A DNA stretch of 64,000 nt from Octopus vulgaris (Eukaryota), in assembly GCA_951406725.2 (NCBI GenBank), contig OX597839.1, positions 29,884,001 to 29,948,000 of the forward strand, given 5' to 3'. A program made the translations under genes and the position numbers. Under the pieces are notes generated by a model. The model saw only the letters and a list, made by a program, of their open reading frames with translations, ran no database searches and was not told the DNA's origin. Below, in pieces: positions 1 to 14,665 of the stretch (its first letter is position 1; each line of letters starts with the position of its first letter).

Positions 1-505
1 TGTGTACCTGAATGTCACAAAGAATCGTTACATTTTTTCCTTCAATTACAGCTTCAGGGAATTGCTTACACTATTTGTCAACAGTTTTAATTTTAAAATG
101 CCGACATATTATCCAATGTAGACATAGACCAACTTTATCATGTATTGATTTATGCTCCATTGTTGCTTAGCTAGAGGTCTACTGCTTCAATCACAATGAT
201 GCAGAATCAGCTAAGATGAAGGTTTCGATCGCGTGCTTCTGGTCAACATCAGCTATTTTACTACGGGTTACATATTTGCCATGCTGACGTTTGTGCACCC
301 TACTATAATGCGCTTTTTTTCTTTGCCATTGCTTTCACCTTCTTTGCAACAAAGGTTGCTGCACTTTCCTCATGCTGTTCAGCCATGCTGTTCCTCATGC
401 ATGAATTCAGTAGCAAATTTCTTGCTCTCCTTCATGACAGAATAAATCTCATTACGCCGCTTGTGATTTTCAACGAGCTTTAGCATCCGGTTGTTAGATG
501 TTTCA

Positions 506-920
506 AGGAGTGGCTGTGTGGTAAGTAGCTTGCTTACAAACCACATGGTTCCGGGTTCAGTCCCACTGCGTGGCATCTTGGGCAAGTGTCTTCTACTATA
601 GCCTCGGGCCGACCAAAGCCTTGTGAGTGGATTTGGTAGACGGAAACTAAAAGAAGCCCGTCGTATATATGTATATATATATATATATGCGTGTGTGTGT
701 TTGTGTGTCTGCGTTTGTCCCATCCAACATCGCTTGACAACCGATGCTGGTGTGTTTATGTCCCCGTTACTTAGCGGTTCGGCAAAAGAGACCGATAGAA
801 TAAGTACTGAGCTTACAAAAGAATAAGTCCCGGGGTCGAGTTGCTCGATTAAAGGCGGTGCTCCAGCATGGCCGCAGTTAAATGACTGAAACAAGTAAAA
901 GAGTGAAGAGTAAAAGAGTA
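506..920 (+). mobile_element. tRNA-derived SINE, family A (head GGAGTGGCTGTGTGGTAAG, internal TA/TG tract, CR1-like 3' tail)
   Basis: A-box TGGCTGTGTGGT and B-box GGTTCAGTCCC. Similar full or partial copies at ~9562-10057(+), 10455-10820(+), 12040-12365(+), 15690-16318(-), 23660-24665(+), 34455-34590(-), 36115-36420(+), 37900-38055(-), 53115-53260(-). Confidence 0.85.
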
Positions 921-1109
921 ATCCAGTTATGGTGGTTTCGCATCATCATCACCATTTTTAGGTAGATTATTCTGCACTTCTTGAGTTCAAATTCCATTCT
1001 ATATCACAAAGGAATTACGCGTGTTTCATCTTTGCCATACAGCTTCAAATCATCCATGAAGAGGAGGTGGTTGATTGTTTGAGATTTTTTCCTTTAGTTG
1101 CTACCCCAG

Positions 1110-2260
1110 GTCAGGGGTATCATGCAGAGAACAAAATGCAACAAAGATATGCTTTCACTCTGGAAAATCCCTCTTCTGATATCTAGGGTACCCAAGCTTT
1201 TTCAGTTCAATTTTCCGTCCCACCATACTTCTCTTCAGGAAACACGTTACATTCCTCTCAATACCAAACAGATCTAAGCACTCATGATACACGAATGTGG
1301 ATTCATATCATAAGCTTTGCGATAGTCAATCCAGGCCATTCTCAGATTTGTTCTCCGTTTACAATCTTGCATTACCCTTTTGTTTATCTAGTTGCATCTC
1401 TTTCTACAGCCTTTTTGTTCCGGCTGTAGAATATCACCCTCGTCAAAAAATCTATTCAGTTCTTCTACAATTGACCCTGACAGTAACTTCTACATTAATG
1501 GGAGGTAGGAAATTGGTCTGTAATTGTCAGCAGCGTTTCCCTTTGATGAATCCTTCAGGTACAACACCGTTCGTCCTTTTCTCAACCAGCCCGGGATTTC
1601 TCCTCCATTGATCAAAAAAATTAAGTCGCCCTGCAATCAATTTATGGCAGCTACAGAACATGTTTATCCAAAATCCCTGTACACCATCAGATCTTGCTGC
1701 TTCCCAAATGCTTATCTTTTTACTCACATTTCTGATACTGTCTTCTGTGAGGTGGATAGCCTCTTGCTGGGCGATAAGAAGCTATTCTCTGAGGTTACAG
1801 AGCCATCAGCTGAAGTATTGTTGTTCTTGCTTATTCCATATCTTACCCCAGAAAAGTCGACTTTCATCAGCATTAGAGACTAATCTTTCACGTTTTTTAT
1901 CATCATTAATCTCTTGGTAAAATCTTTTTTGATCGGTTCTAAACAATATATTTTGCTAGTATTGCTTAATCTGTTATTCAGACCTAGTTAGATTTGATTT
2001 CTTTTGCATGTAGGTGCTGCTTCAGTTCTTTATTTACAATATTCAGGCCTTTTGTATCTACACCATGCTTCTTCTTAGCTATTTCGAATTTCCGTTCATT
2101 TTTAAGTTCTCCATTTCTTTTCTTGACAAGTATTGACCCTACACTGTTCAAGCAGTTTATAACTTCAGAAATTCTCCTTTTCCACCACGGTTTTTTAATT
2201 CCACTTTAAATCCGTCACTGTTCTATTCTCAATCGTTCAGGGCTTAAATAGAGCCTTATT
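1110..2260 (-). mobile_element. Decayed non-LTR retrotransposon RT region, R4/Dong-like
   Basis: Minus strand reads NLRMAWIDYRKAYDMNPH (~1295-1350), DGVQGFWIN and FRTDQKRFYQEI, with stops and frameshifts. Boundaries approximate. Confidence 0.65.
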
Positions 2261-2437
2261 CAATGGTTAGCGCCTTCATTCACATTCAAATAAAAAGTGA
2301 ATAAACTCTACGCTTTAATATGTATTATTATGAAGGTAACAATTTCGGAACGTAGTTTTTTCTAAATGGCAAACAAGCTGTCAAAGATCAAACGAAATCA
2401 GGATATAAATATATAAATACATAAAAATATAAATACA

Positions 2438-2870
2438 TTGAAACTCCGATGTCTGGCAGCTGACTTGGCAGACACCCATAAAATTATTAACCATCTTACA
2501 AATAATAACTCTGAGCACCTTTTCAAACTCCACCTGTCTAACACCCGTGGACATGTTTACAAAGTCAGAAAACAGCACAGCTCCCAAGACTTTCGGAAAC
2601 ATTTTTTCATGCTAAGAGTTGCTGAAGCATGGAACAAACTGCCGGCATCAGTTGTTAGTTGTTGGAGCATCCATCAAAACTTCCATGCTTCCTGAGATTC
2701 GCCAACACTACACCTGATTTTCTCCCCTCCATACACACACAAGCATCTATCTGACTCATACACTGTTCGCTTCCCAGACATTTTTACATTAAGGTACATG
2801 TTTTTTACGCACTTTTGACAAGTTATGGTGCACCTGAGCACTGTATACAATAAATTCATTATTATTATTT
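2438..2870 (+). mobile_element. 5'-truncated CR1-like LINE 3' end
   Basis: NTRGHVYK...RKHFFMLRVAEAWNKLP matches the typical CR1 ORF2 C-terminus. Ends in AATAAA followed by (ATT)n. Confidence 0.75.
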
Positions 2871-3646
2871 TAAATATCTAAAATGAAGATTTATTCTTTT
2901 TTGATACATCATACTAGAGGTCTGCGATGTGACTCTTTAAATATTTTAAAGTCGAAGTAAAACCCTCACGGTATTGCGAGGGACAACCGCCAGGTCTCTT
3001 CCCGCGCATTATATACAGATACTACTCTGAGACGGGACCTGAATGATGATAAAAACACCCTTCTCACCGCACCAACTCGTAAAAAAGCCTCAAATGCCAT
3101 AGATTGTAAAATATAATTTACCAACATATTACGGTATTTCAATGTCTTATTCCATTCGGTACGAATGTAATAACCCCAAACACTACCACAGTTATGAGGT
3201 TGTGCAATGAAGCAAACGAGTTGCTGCCAAGGGTGCACAACCCGAGGCATCAAGCTCCAACCCAAGAGCAAAAAGGGGGTAAACTGTGTCTCCATTTTAT
3301 CGAATAGGGGTTGTTATTTCTCTAATTTATACTGTCATCTCTCTCCATCTCTCCAAACACGTGCAACTATGCATATTTACATGCAAGCATAGGTACCATA
3401 TGTATATATATATATATCTATATCTATCTGACTAATCCAGAAACGGCGTTCTCAAGTAATCGATGTACGTGTGATCTTTCGTTGTTTTTCCCTCTATACC
3501 TACGTGAATTATTTTTGAGTATACATTGTCTGGGAGACTTTTCTTATAGTAGAGGAAATAGCTAAATTTTTGGGCTGCTATTTCTAAAAGTTCGGTGTGT
3601 GGTAAAGTAAATTTTTTTTACTGAACCCAAATTATATAACGTAATG

Positions 3647-3712
<66 letters not shown>

Positions 3713-3882
3713 CTATTCAGATTTTTTTAATATGCTAGGCCACTGGTTTAAATTGATATTAATCAAATTAATATTCAATTTTTTACCCTTATTATTTAAA
3801 TTTATATATATAAATAAATAAATAAATATATATATATATATATATAAATGAATATATATATATAAATATATAAATAAATAAA

Positions 3883-3950
<68 letters not shown>

Positions 3951-3980
3951 TGTATGTATGTATGTATGTATACACATACA

Positions 3981-4671
3981 TACAGAGGGTGCGATGGGTA
4001 AATTTTGCGCATGCACATTGTTTTTATCGACCGCACGGTATAGTAGGACCAGTTGGACACCGTCTGTAAGAAAATTTGCACCATGATGTAACTCACGATG
4101 CCAGAAATTTGGAAACGACATTCTGTACTACCTGGCATTCGCCCCGGAAGCTGCAATATGAACAAATGGTGAACACACAGAACAACCGTTGGCTTGCTGT
4201 GTCCCAGAACATGTACTGGAAGACCCTATGTCTGGCAACAGTATGCTGCACCATGCCACACATGCAGGAGAACCCAGTCATGGATGTCAGACAATTTCCC
4301 GCGACCATACCACCCCTAACATCTGGCCACCTAACTCTCCAGATTACAACACCCTTGGTTATTTATGTGTGAGACGCCGTCGAGCGAGAGACCAACAAAA
4401 CTCCTTGTAACACCAAAGATGAATCTAAGGCAAGGATTATGGCAGCATTCACCAAGTTAAACAAAGAGACCGCCCAGAAAAGTTACAGGAGATTCCGAAG
4501 CTGTTTCGAGGCCGTGATTTATGTCAATGACGATTTAATTGAATAATTTTCCTTATTAATATTTCAAGATAATTTTATGTAATTTTGGTAAATATATTTG
4601 TTAAAATGAGATGTCAGTGTTATTTTCATTTTTGCGTAACTTAGACGGCAATATATTCACCTTACCCTGTA
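3981..4671 (+). mobile_element. Decayed Tc1/mariner-superfamily transposon
   Basis: WPPNSPDYN motif at ~4324-4350. Ends TACAG...CTGTA with degenerate TIRs. Confidence 0.65.
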
Positions 4672-4680
4672 TATATATAT

Positions 4681-4895
4681 AATGTTGGTGCATAATTATT
4701 GCAGACTTTTTTCAATAAATCTTATTCAACAAAAACAATAACATCATTTAACAAAAACATCTTTAAATAATTATTCCGGAGCATATTCACCATCTACTTC
4801 AATTTCTGCTTGCCGTTTTGTTTAAACTGGCGTTTTGTTTAATAAAGTTTTTGAATAAAAGTTATTGAAAAAAGACACAATAATTATGCACCAAC

Positions 4896-4900
<5 letters not shown>
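4681..4900. mobile_element. Mariner-type MITE
   Basis: TIRs GTTGGTGCATAATTATTG (4684-4701) and CAATAATTATGCACCAAC (4878-4895), flanked by TA. Confidence 0.7.
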
Positions 4901-4968
<68 letters not shown>

Positions 4969-5085
4969 AAATATAAGGAATGACCATAATAGGACATTCG
5001 ACTCACTAGAAAGAGCAGCCAAACGCAAACCGCTAATAGTTGTAATTCTGAAATTGAAAGAGAAATAAAAATGTTTACCCTTTCA

Positions 5086-5179
5086 TCTCTGGACTATGCA
5101 TAGTTTCGGCAAACTTAGTAAACAAATTAATTAAATTAAATTAAATTTATTTACAACTGGCGTGCCTCGTCAGCAGAGA
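5086..5179 (-). ncRNA. Type I hammerhead ribozyme motif (inverted copy of 5522-5616)
   Basis: Reverse complement contains UCUCUG-CUGACGA-GGCA...UGCC-GAAAC-UAUGCAUA-GUC-CAGAGA. Confidence 0.7.
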
Positions 5180-5521
5180 AGCCAAGGACGAGCATATATC
5201 CACGAGGCGATGGTAGGGAAGTCTATATGCTATAAATTTTCAAAATCTACCGCAATCGCGCGGTCTTCTCAGCAGCAGATATAAACTGCTGATTTAATTT
5301 CGAAATTAGCCAAAAAATAATTAATTGATTAATATTAGGGTAGAAAAAATTCTAGAAAAAATTCTCCGCTACCAGCGGTCCAGTGAGAAAGAAAAGGTAG
5401 TCAAAAACTATATAATATACATTCAATATACCGCGCGACTGCGGTAGATTTTGAAAATTTATAGCATATAGACTGGAGGCTTCCTTACCATTGCCTCGTG
5501 GATATATGCTCCTCCTTGGCT

Positions 5522-5616
5522 TCTCTGCTGACGAGGCACGCCAGTTGTTAATAAATTTAATTTAATTCAATTAATTTGTTTACTAAAGTTTGCCGAAACT
5601 ATGCATAGTCCAGAGA
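5522..5616 (+). ncRNA. Type I hammerhead ribozyme motif
   Basis: Stem I TCTCTG/CAGAGA, core CTGACGA (5528-5534), stem II GGCA/TGCC with long extension, GAAAC (5595-5599), palindromic stem III ACTATGCATAGT, GUC cleavage triplet ending 5610. Confidence 0.75.
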
Positions 5617-6769
5617 TGAAAAGGGAAACGTTTTTATTTCTCTTTCAATTTCAGAATTACAACTATTAGCGGTTTGAGTTTGGCTGCTCTTTCTAGTGAG
5701 TCGAATGTCCTATTATGGCCATTCCTTATATTTTTGAATGTATATTATATAGTCTTTGACTATCTTTTCTTTCTCACTGGACCGCTGGTAATTGCAATAA
5801 TTCTTCCCTATTTAGGTACAAAATAGTAATTCTGAGTGGAATGGTAAGTCGATTACATTGACCCGGTGCTAAAGGGTAATTATGATATCGAAGCTGAAAA
5901 TAGGAAAAGCAAAGTCGACCGCAGCGCAATTTGATTTCAGTACGTAAAGAGCCAGAAGTAACTACAGCTAAGCGGTTTGTTCGTCGCACTAATGATTCTG
6001 TTAGCTTTCTGCTTTGGCATTTGATTGCAATAACACGAACAGCAAAAGGGAGGTGATCAGTGCTGTTTGATCCGTCAACAGACTATGTGGTCCGTCGGTC
6101 ACTGTGTCGAGCGCAAGTTCAAACCATAGCCAACAGGTAATGAGGCTGACGGCGACGACGACGACGACGATGACGACGATGACACAGAGATCGAAGGGCG
6201 ATATCAAAATAGAAAATAAGCAAAATTATTTGTGGTTAAAGATCTCAAGGGAGGTAAATCACACGGGAGAGTAAAGAGTATTTCCCCCTGAACCTATAAA
6301 ACTACTTGGAATTGCATGAGACGGCTGTATAGGTTAGAAATAACAGTTACACCTCCCCCAAATCCATCAAATTGCTTTATTCAAGGAAGGACATATTTTA
6401 ATACATTTTAAAAGCTACACCTTATACACTATACTTACATACAATCATGCATAAATACATACATATGTGTGTATGCATGTGTGTGCGTGTGTGTGCGTGT
6501 GTGTGTACGTGTGTGTATGTGTGTGTGTGTGTGTGCGTGTGTGTGTACGTGTGTGTATGTGTGTGTGTGTATGTATACACATTTTTACGGTACTTCTCGG
6601 TTACGTTGACGAGGGTTCCAGTTGATCCAATTAACAGAACAACCTGCTCGTGAAATTAACGTGTGAGTGGCTGAGTACTTCACAGACACGTGTACCCTTA
6701 ACGTAGTACTCGGGGCGACTCAGCGTGACACAGAGTGTGACAAGGCTGGCCCTTTGCAAAAGAATGAGA

Positions 6770-6930
6770 GAAAGCTTTGGTGAAAGAGAACAGCAGGGTT
6801 CACCACCATCTCTTTCGTGAGCCTCGTGGAGCTTCAGGTGTTTTCGCTCAATAAACTCTCACAGCACCAGGAATCGAAACCGCGATCCTAAGACAGCGAG
6901 TTCGCTGTCCTAACCACTGAGCCTCTGTAC
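6770..6930 (-). mobile_element. tRNA-derived SINE, family C (tRNA-Arg-like head)
   Basis: Head CAGTGGTTAG...GGTTTCGATTCC and body TTTATTGAGCGAAAACACC. Better copies at ~24925-25320, 29370-29650 and 45055-45348 (all minus). Confidence 0.75.
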
Positions 6931-6938
6931 CACCAGTA

Positions 6939-7067
<129 letters not shown>

Positions 7068-7582
7068 CTTCTTAACTGATTGGAAGTGTTATCATGTACA
7101 TTGTTTTGTCTTGGTATAAAAGATGGGCTACAGCAACTATTCTGCTCAACACCACAGATTTGCTTGTCAGTTGTTTGACCGTAACCAGTTGACCATGTCC
7201 CTTAGTGGCTGGCGGTATGTGCATCTCTGATCACGAGCAGAAGTAGTGGGGGAGCATCATAGCCGTGTGTTGAGAGAGATTGTTTGGGGTTTGAATAATT
7301 CACCTCTGGAAACATATGTGTTTCGTTCAACATCCTTAAACAACCCTTATTCAGGGACCTTTTGAGCGGAATAGATTACTCGACCTGAAGAAAATTCTAA
7401 CTGGGCCCCCCCTGCATGGTCATATGCTGTTTATCTTGATATGAGATCACCATGTTGCGCAAATATGGTTGTGATGCATGTGCGTTGTGTACCCTTATCA
7501 GACGGGTAGTCATGATGGTTGTACTGGGCTTCGTATATTTTACCCCAGTGTCACTTTGATGGCATCCACTGCTTTCTCACTC

Positions 7583-7663
<81 letters not shown>

Positions 7664-8085
7664 CATTTCTGTTAAAGGCACAAGGCCAGCAATTTCGGGG
7701 AAACAGGTAAATATCAATTATATTGACACCAGTACTCAACTGGTACTTATTTTATCGACCCCGAAAGGACGAAAGATAAACGCGACTGACCGAATTTGAA
7801 CTCAGAATGTAAAGACGGACGATGGAGGTATGAGATTTTTGTAGATGTTTTTGTAGAGCCACAGTAAAAGTCACGTGATATGAGCTTGGCACTCTCAAGA
7901 AAATTATTCACCGCTACCGTTTTGTAATTAACGAAGTAATTAGTATAATTATCAAATAATTAATTACTGACTGTGTGAGTATGTGTCAGTGTGTATGTAT
8001 ATATATGTTGCTATATTACAAGACTATAAGCACTCAAACTTACCACCGAAACCAATAATACTTCAGCGATTACCACCACGAGCCC

Positions 8086-8290
8086 ACCACCACCACCACC
8101 ATCACCACCACCACCACCAACACCACAACCACCACCATCACTACCACCACCACCACCACCACCACCACCACCACCACCACCACCATAATCACCAGCATAA
8201 CCACCACCGCAATCATAATCACCGACACAACCACTACCATCACCACCAACACCTCCAGCACCACCAACATTACCAATCCAACCATGACAT
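8086..8290. repeat. Degenerate (CAC/CAT)n trinucleotide tract
   Basis: Direct reading. Confidence 0.9.
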
Positions 8291-8407
8291 ACAATTGTTC
8301 AGCAAACTGGAACAATCAACAACCGTAACCACTTAGCGAGTATATAGATATATATGCGTGTGTGCGTGTATCCATACTAGTCTATTTACGTATATGTATG
8401 TATGTGC

Positions 8408-8455
<48 letters not shown>

Positions 8456-8564
8456 ATGCATATATATATATATATACGTACATACATTATATATATATAT
8501 ATATATATATGCACACACATACACAGACACACGCACACACATACACACACACACACAAACACAC

Positions 8565-8597
<33 letters not shown>

Positions 8598-8707
8598 TGT
8601 ATGTATGTATGTATGTATGTTTGTAGGTATGTATGTATATATGTATATATCACCACCGCTTCCTCGATTACTCAGAAGATACCGGAGCGACATACAGACA
8701 GACAACG

Positions 8708-8772
8708 ATGAGGATCCATTACCTCGGTTTCTTTGCCTTGCTGTTTTTTTCCTCGATGAAACTCTCTACACA
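8708..8772 (+). CDS. Candidate first coding exon with signal-peptide-like sequence [21 protein letters not shown]
   Basis: ATG at 8708, hydrophobic core, donor CA|GTAAGT (phase 2). Another + frame and a - strand exon reading are also possible. Confidence 0.35.
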
Positions 8773-8785
8773 GTAAGTACACCTG

Positions 8786-8908
<123 letters not shown>

Positions 8909-8927
8909 GTATACATATATATGTATA

Positions 8928-8991
<64 letters not shown>

Positions 8992-9084
8992 TAATCCAAA
9001 CAAAACACAAAAAATCACAACAAGGCGAGGACGTGGAGCAAATATAGTATTATTGGACTCTCAGGAAAGAAGGGAAGAAGGAGG

Positions 9085-9119
9085 GCTTAACGTTTCGAGC
9101 GGAGCTCTTCGTCGGAAAC
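9085..9119 (-). ncRNA. Minimal hammerhead-like motif, CCGA core variant
   Basis: GUUU-CCGACGAA-GAGC(UCC)GCUC-GAAAC-GUU-AAGC. Confidence 0.45.
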
Positions 9120-9175
9120 ATAGGAGAAGGAAAGATCCAGAGAGGAAAAAAAGTCGCCAACGGTACACACGAGGT

Positions 9176-9225
<50 letters not shown>

Positions 9226-9228
<3 letters not shown>

Positions 9229-9359
9229 TTATTATATAGAAGGAGCTTCTACAGGACTAGAACTGTTTCATTCAAGAGAAATCTTCAGGAAGCTTCCTGA
9301 AGATTTCTCTTGAATGAAACAGTTCTAGTCCTGTAGAAGCTCCTTCTATATAATAAATT
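9226..9359. repeat. Perfect 134-bp spacerless palindrome carrying hammerhead motifs on both strands
   Basis: Axis in AAG|CTT at 9292/9293. Plus fold: AGCTTC-CTGAAGA-TTTC(TCTT)GAAT-GAAAC-AG...CT-GTA-GAAGCT (9291-9341). Confidence 0.85.
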
Positions 9360-9424
9360 AATTTTACTCTACTATGTATTGAGTACCTTATTTACTGTGG
9401 TTAACCCCGAATCAACCCGGGACC

Positions 9425-9527
<103 letters not shown>

Positions 9528-9753
9528 GTCTGTGTGTGTGTGTATGTAAGTATATACATATAGGCGCAGGAATGGCTGTGTGGTAAGTAGCTTGCTAACC
9601 AACCACATGGTCCCGGGTTCAGTCCCACTGCGTGGCATCTTGGGCAAGTGTCTTCTGCTGTAGCCCCGGGCCGACCAATGCCTTGTGAGTGGATTTGGTA
9701 GACGGAAACTGAAAGAAGCCTGCAGTATATATGTATATATACATATATATATG

Positions 9754-9821
<68 letters not shown>

Positions 9822-10895
9822 TATACATACATATATACGACGGGCTTTTGTGTGTCTGTGTTTGTCGCCCCCTAGCATTGCTTGACAACCGATGCTGGTG
9901 TGTTTACGTCTCCGTCACTTAGCGGTTCGGCAAAAAAGACCGATAGAATAAGTACTGGGCTTACAAAGAATAAGTCCCGGGGTCAAGTTGCTCGACTAAA
10001 GGCGGTGCTCCAGCATGGCCGCAGTCAAATGACTGAAACAAGTAAAAGAGTAAAGAGTATATGCACATGAAATCACCCACATGCACACATTCATATATGT
10101 ATTCTGTTTGTTTATACTCCAATCTATGTATGCAAGCTTTAATTTGCGTACACACACACACACACACACACACACATATTGTTGAAATTTATAGAAAAAC
10201 AAAAAACGAAGACAAGTGTATAAAACAGCAAGCAAGTGTAATAGTTTGGCGCTCGGGAAAGTGAGACGGTATTTTACGTTTCGAGCCTACGCTCTTGATC
10301 TGAAGCTACCAGCAGTAAATAAACAGAGACAGAATGAAAAAAAACACCTTGTATGTTTCAGCGGTCCGGCATAGCATAGATAGGGTAGAAAGTTGTAATA
10401 TTTACAATGCAGCACATGGCTATCAGCACTCTTAAAATGGAATCTTAAGGACAATAGGAGTGGCTGTGTGGCTTTGTGGTAAGCTTGCTTAACAAACTCA
10501 TGGTTCCGGGTTCAGTCCCACTGCGTGGCAACTTGGGCAAGTGTCTTCTACTATAGCCTCGGGCCGACCAAATCCTTGTGAGTGGATTTGGTAGACGGAA
10601 ACTGAAAGTAGACCGTCGTTTTATATATATATATATATGTGTGTGTGTGTATGTGTGTGTGTGTGTGTGTATATATATGTGTATGTGTATATATGTATAT
10701 AGGTATGTATATGTTTGTGTGTCTGTGTTTGTCCCCCCAACATCGCTTGACAACCGCTGCTGGTGTGTTAACGTCCCCGTAACTTAGCGGTTCGGCATAA
10801 GATCGATAGAATAAGTACTAGAGAGGGAGAGATCGAGATATGTGTTCATATATTCAAAAAGATTAACACATGTATACACATACACTCACACACAC

Positions 10896-10934
<39 letters not shown>

Positions 10935-10997
10935 CGTACACAATAATATTTTTACACAGGGCATCAAAATACAGAATACTAAGAAAACACATACATA

Positions 10998-11028
<31 letters not shown>

Positions 11029-11158
11029 CATACATACTTACATACATACATACATACATAAATACATACATACTTATATACATACATAAATGCATACATA
11101 CATACATACATACATTCATGCATACATACAAAGATACATAGATACATACATGAATACA

Positions 11159-11192
<34 letters not shown>

Positions 11193-11442
11193 CATACATA
11201 CTTACATACATACATACATACATAAATACATACATACTTACATACATGCATACATACATACATACATACATAAATACATACATACATACATAAATACATA
11301 CATACTTATATACATACATAAATGCATACATACATACATACATACATTCATGCATACATACATACAAAGATACATAGATACATACATGAATACATACATA
11401 CATACATACAAACATACATACAAACATACATACATAAATACA

Positions 11443-11476
<34 letters not shown>

Positions 11477-11481
11477 CACAC

Positions 11482-11512
<31 letters not shown>

Positions 11513-11534
11513 CATACATACATACATACATAAC

Positions 11535-11570
<36 letters not shown>

Positions 11571-11722
11571 GGTATAGGACGTAATTAACTGTGTAAACAA
11601 CATGAAATACGTAAACAAACGAGTTAAATATGTAAACAACGAGAGAAAAATGGAAGACGGTAAGTAAACACTGAGAAAGGACCCTTGATCAGTTGTCGGC
11701 TGTTTATATACTCCTCATTTCG

Positions 11723-11796
<74 letters not shown>

Positions 11797-11819
11797 AGTG
11801 TAGGAATGGATGTGTGGTA

Positions 11820-12035
11820 AGGCAGCGAGCTGGCAGAAACGTTAGCACGCCGGACGAAATGCTTAGCAGTATTTCGTCTACCGTTACGTTCTGATTTCGA
11901 ATTCCGCCGAGGTCAACTTTGCCTTTCATCATTTCGGGGTCGATAAATTAAGTACCAGTTACGCACTGGTGTTGATGTAATCGACTTAATCCTTTTGTCC
12001 TCTCTATGTTTAGCCCCTTGTGAGCAATAAATAAA
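11820..12035 (+). mobile_element. tRNA-derived SINE, family B (Meta-domain-like core GCCTTTCATCCTTTCGGGGTCGATAAA)
   Basis: Head GGC(G/A)GCGAGCTGGCAGAA...GTTCAAATTCC. Other copies at ~7670-7820(-), 12560-12940(-), 15080-15300(+), 21320-21920(-, several), 22639-22860(+) and decayed 58840-59210(-). Confidence 0.85.
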
Positions 12036-13194
12036 TAAGAAGCTTGCTTACCAACCACATGGTTCTGGGTTCATTAAGTGTCTTCTACTCTAGGTTCGAG
12101 CCGAACAAAGCCTTGTGAGTGGATTTGGTAGACGGAAACTGAAAGAAGCCCGTCGTTATATATATTACATGCGTGTGTGCGTATTTTTGATTGTATTTGT
12201 GTGTCTTTATATGTATTTTGTTTGTCCTCACCACCATCGCTTGACAACCGATGTTGGTGAGTTTGCAGCTCGGCATAAGGGACTGATAGAATAAGTACTA
12301 GGCTTACAAAGAATAAGATTTGTTTGACTAAAGGCGCAGTCAAATGACTGAAACAAGTATAAGAATATATTTATAATTTAATTATATATAAACAATCTAT
12401 TTATAATCAGTAGAAGTTACCCAAGGACCATGACTTTCATGCATGTATATATGTATTGTCCCCTCGCAACTTGCAACGGCTGTTGGTTTGTTTACGTTGC
12501 CGTAACCTTAGTGATAAGGCAAAAGGGACCAGTAGAATAAACTGATTTTAAATTTTGATTCGAGGCCAGCAATTTTTGGTGGGGTCTGTCGATTACAACG
12601 ACCCATGTGCTCAACTAGTGCTCGCTTCATGAAACCGAAAGGAGTGAAAGAGAGTGTCTAACTCGGCGGAATTTGAACTCAGAACGTCATGCCGCTAAGC
12701 ATTTTGGCCGCTGTGGTACCGGTTCTGCAACTCGCCGCCTTATAGTAAGAAGAACATATTGGTTCTAAATTTTGCTCTAGGCCAGCAATTTCGGACAGTG
12801 GGGTCAGTGGATTACATCTATACCAATATTCAACTGGTACTTATTTTATCGACCCCGAAAGGAACGCAACATTGAAAGAAATGTTGATAAAGTATTTTAC
12901 TCGGCGTGTTAACGTTTGTGCTAGCTCGCCACCTTATAAGTAGAATACTCAATCTTATTTTAATATTGCAGTTGATGTGTTTGCATAAAATCCATGAAGG
13001 TGGTGCCCCAGTATGGCCGCAGTGCAATGACTCAAAATAAGTAAAATATAATAGAAATGACATGATATAATAAGTATGTACTATAAGATCTCGGTTTAGT
13101 TTATCACAAAATCTCCGGCTTAAACGGCATCTAAAACACGGATTGCCTTGAAGCTACCTATGAATGAAGCATATACATACATACATACATACAT

Positions 13195-13241
<47 letters not shown>

Positions 13242-13242
<1 letters not shown>

Positions 13243-13754
13243 TAGCAGTATCGCCCGGCGTTGCTCGGGTTTGTAAGGGAAATAACTATATAAGCATTTT
13301 TAGAGAGTTACTTCCCTTATAGATGCCAATTCGGGCTTTCTTAATCATTTCTGTTTTGGTGTCTTCAAGCCATGAAGTCGTTGTTCTAAAAGAACGCTGG
13401 TCTCCTTGACAACGCTTTACGACATTGATTTCCTTACACTCCCTTCCCCACAGCTTCACGAGGGAGGGAAGAAGGGGGAGAAGCAAACAGGTGCAGGTGT
13501 GACCATGGACGCCAACTCCGCCGCCATCGACACACGAAAAATTATGCATTAAAATGGAATAAAAAATGATGTTAAATTATTTTTTAAATCGTAGACTCAT
13601 CGTAGACGCGCGCTAATACTCAGACGGGCTCGATATGAATCACGACTATAAGATACCCGAACTTGGTTAAACTGCACCGCAAAATGTGGGAGTAGTTAGG
13701 AATCTAAATCGAAGGGGACAGACACTCACACAACTACAGTTTTATATATATAGA
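13242..13754 (-). mobile_element. Non-autonomous Helitron
   Basis: Minus strand starts A|TCTATATATATAAAAC and ends with GC-rich hairpin CCCGAGCAACGCCGGG then CTAG|T. Confidence 0.7.
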
Positions 13755-13803
13755 TATATATATATTTATATATGTATATATATATATATAATATATATAT
13801 ATA

Positions 13804-13858
<55 letters not shown>

Positions 13859-14364
13859 TGTATGTATGTATGGGAAGGGGCTGTGGGTAAGTGTATGCAA
13901 ACACATTTGCGACAGCGACAAAATTTCTACGAAAGTTCCTAAACTAGAAATTTTATCTTAAACCCTTGGTGAAATTTTTCACACGCCATTGTTGCCAGTA
14001 AGCTTGCATTGTAAGGCGTAAAGAGAACTCGCTTAATCATCATAAAACAAAATATTTAATTACCACAAGGTCAAGTAAGCATGTCATCAGTGTTTATTAA
14101 ACAATATCTCACACCATTACTCCAGGTATGACTCCCTCTGCCTAATTCTGTGGTTTTCGTTTTCAGTGTCATTCACTGACGGACGTAAAAATAGAAATAT
14201 ATGTGATATGGTTTATTGTGTTAGTGTCGAGAAAAAAATGACTTTTGAACATGAAAATGGAAAATATGTACCGGCATACATATATATTATACATAATAAT
14301 AATATTAGGGAGTAAATCCAAACTTGCAGGGAAAAATTAGATTTAGGATTAAATCAAATTTCAC

Positions 14365-14665
14365 AGTATAAATATAAATTAAATTAGAAATAAAACCACT
14401 ATTAGGCAAATCAAACAGTGAAAAATATAAAAAATTAAAAAATTAAAAAGTTAAAAGTTTAAAAATTTATAAATTTAAAATTTAAAAAATATTTTTTTTA
14501 AATATAAAAATTTATAAATATAAAAAATTTTAAATTTAAATAATTTAAATTTTAAATTTTATATTTTGGATATATTAATTATATTTATTTTCATGTTTTG
14601 GTTTATGTTTTTCACTGTTTGATTTGCCTAATAGTGGTTTTATTTCTAATTTAATTTATATATAT
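14365..14665. repeat. AT-rich inverted repeat, probably a Penelope-like remnant
   Basis: AAATTAGAAATAAAACCACTATTAGGCAAATCAAACAGTGAAAA (~14380-14425) is reverse-complemented at ~14608-14655. Confidence 0.65.

Larger units (their letters stand above)
4962..5790. mobile_element. Penelope-like remnant with inverted arms
   Basis: ~4962-5265 is the reverse complement of ~5431-5740, and 5370-5425 is the reverse complement of 5735-5790. Both arms carry a hammerhead fold. Abuts (TA)n. Confidence 0.65.

Noticed and set aside
7983-8336. His-rich ORF
   Set aside because: Translation of a drifting (CAC/CAT)n microsatellite with no signal peptide or clear splice sites.
10275-10304. Hammerhead relative of 9085-9119
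   Set aside because: Stem II and GAAAC are present but the CUGANGA core has decayed.
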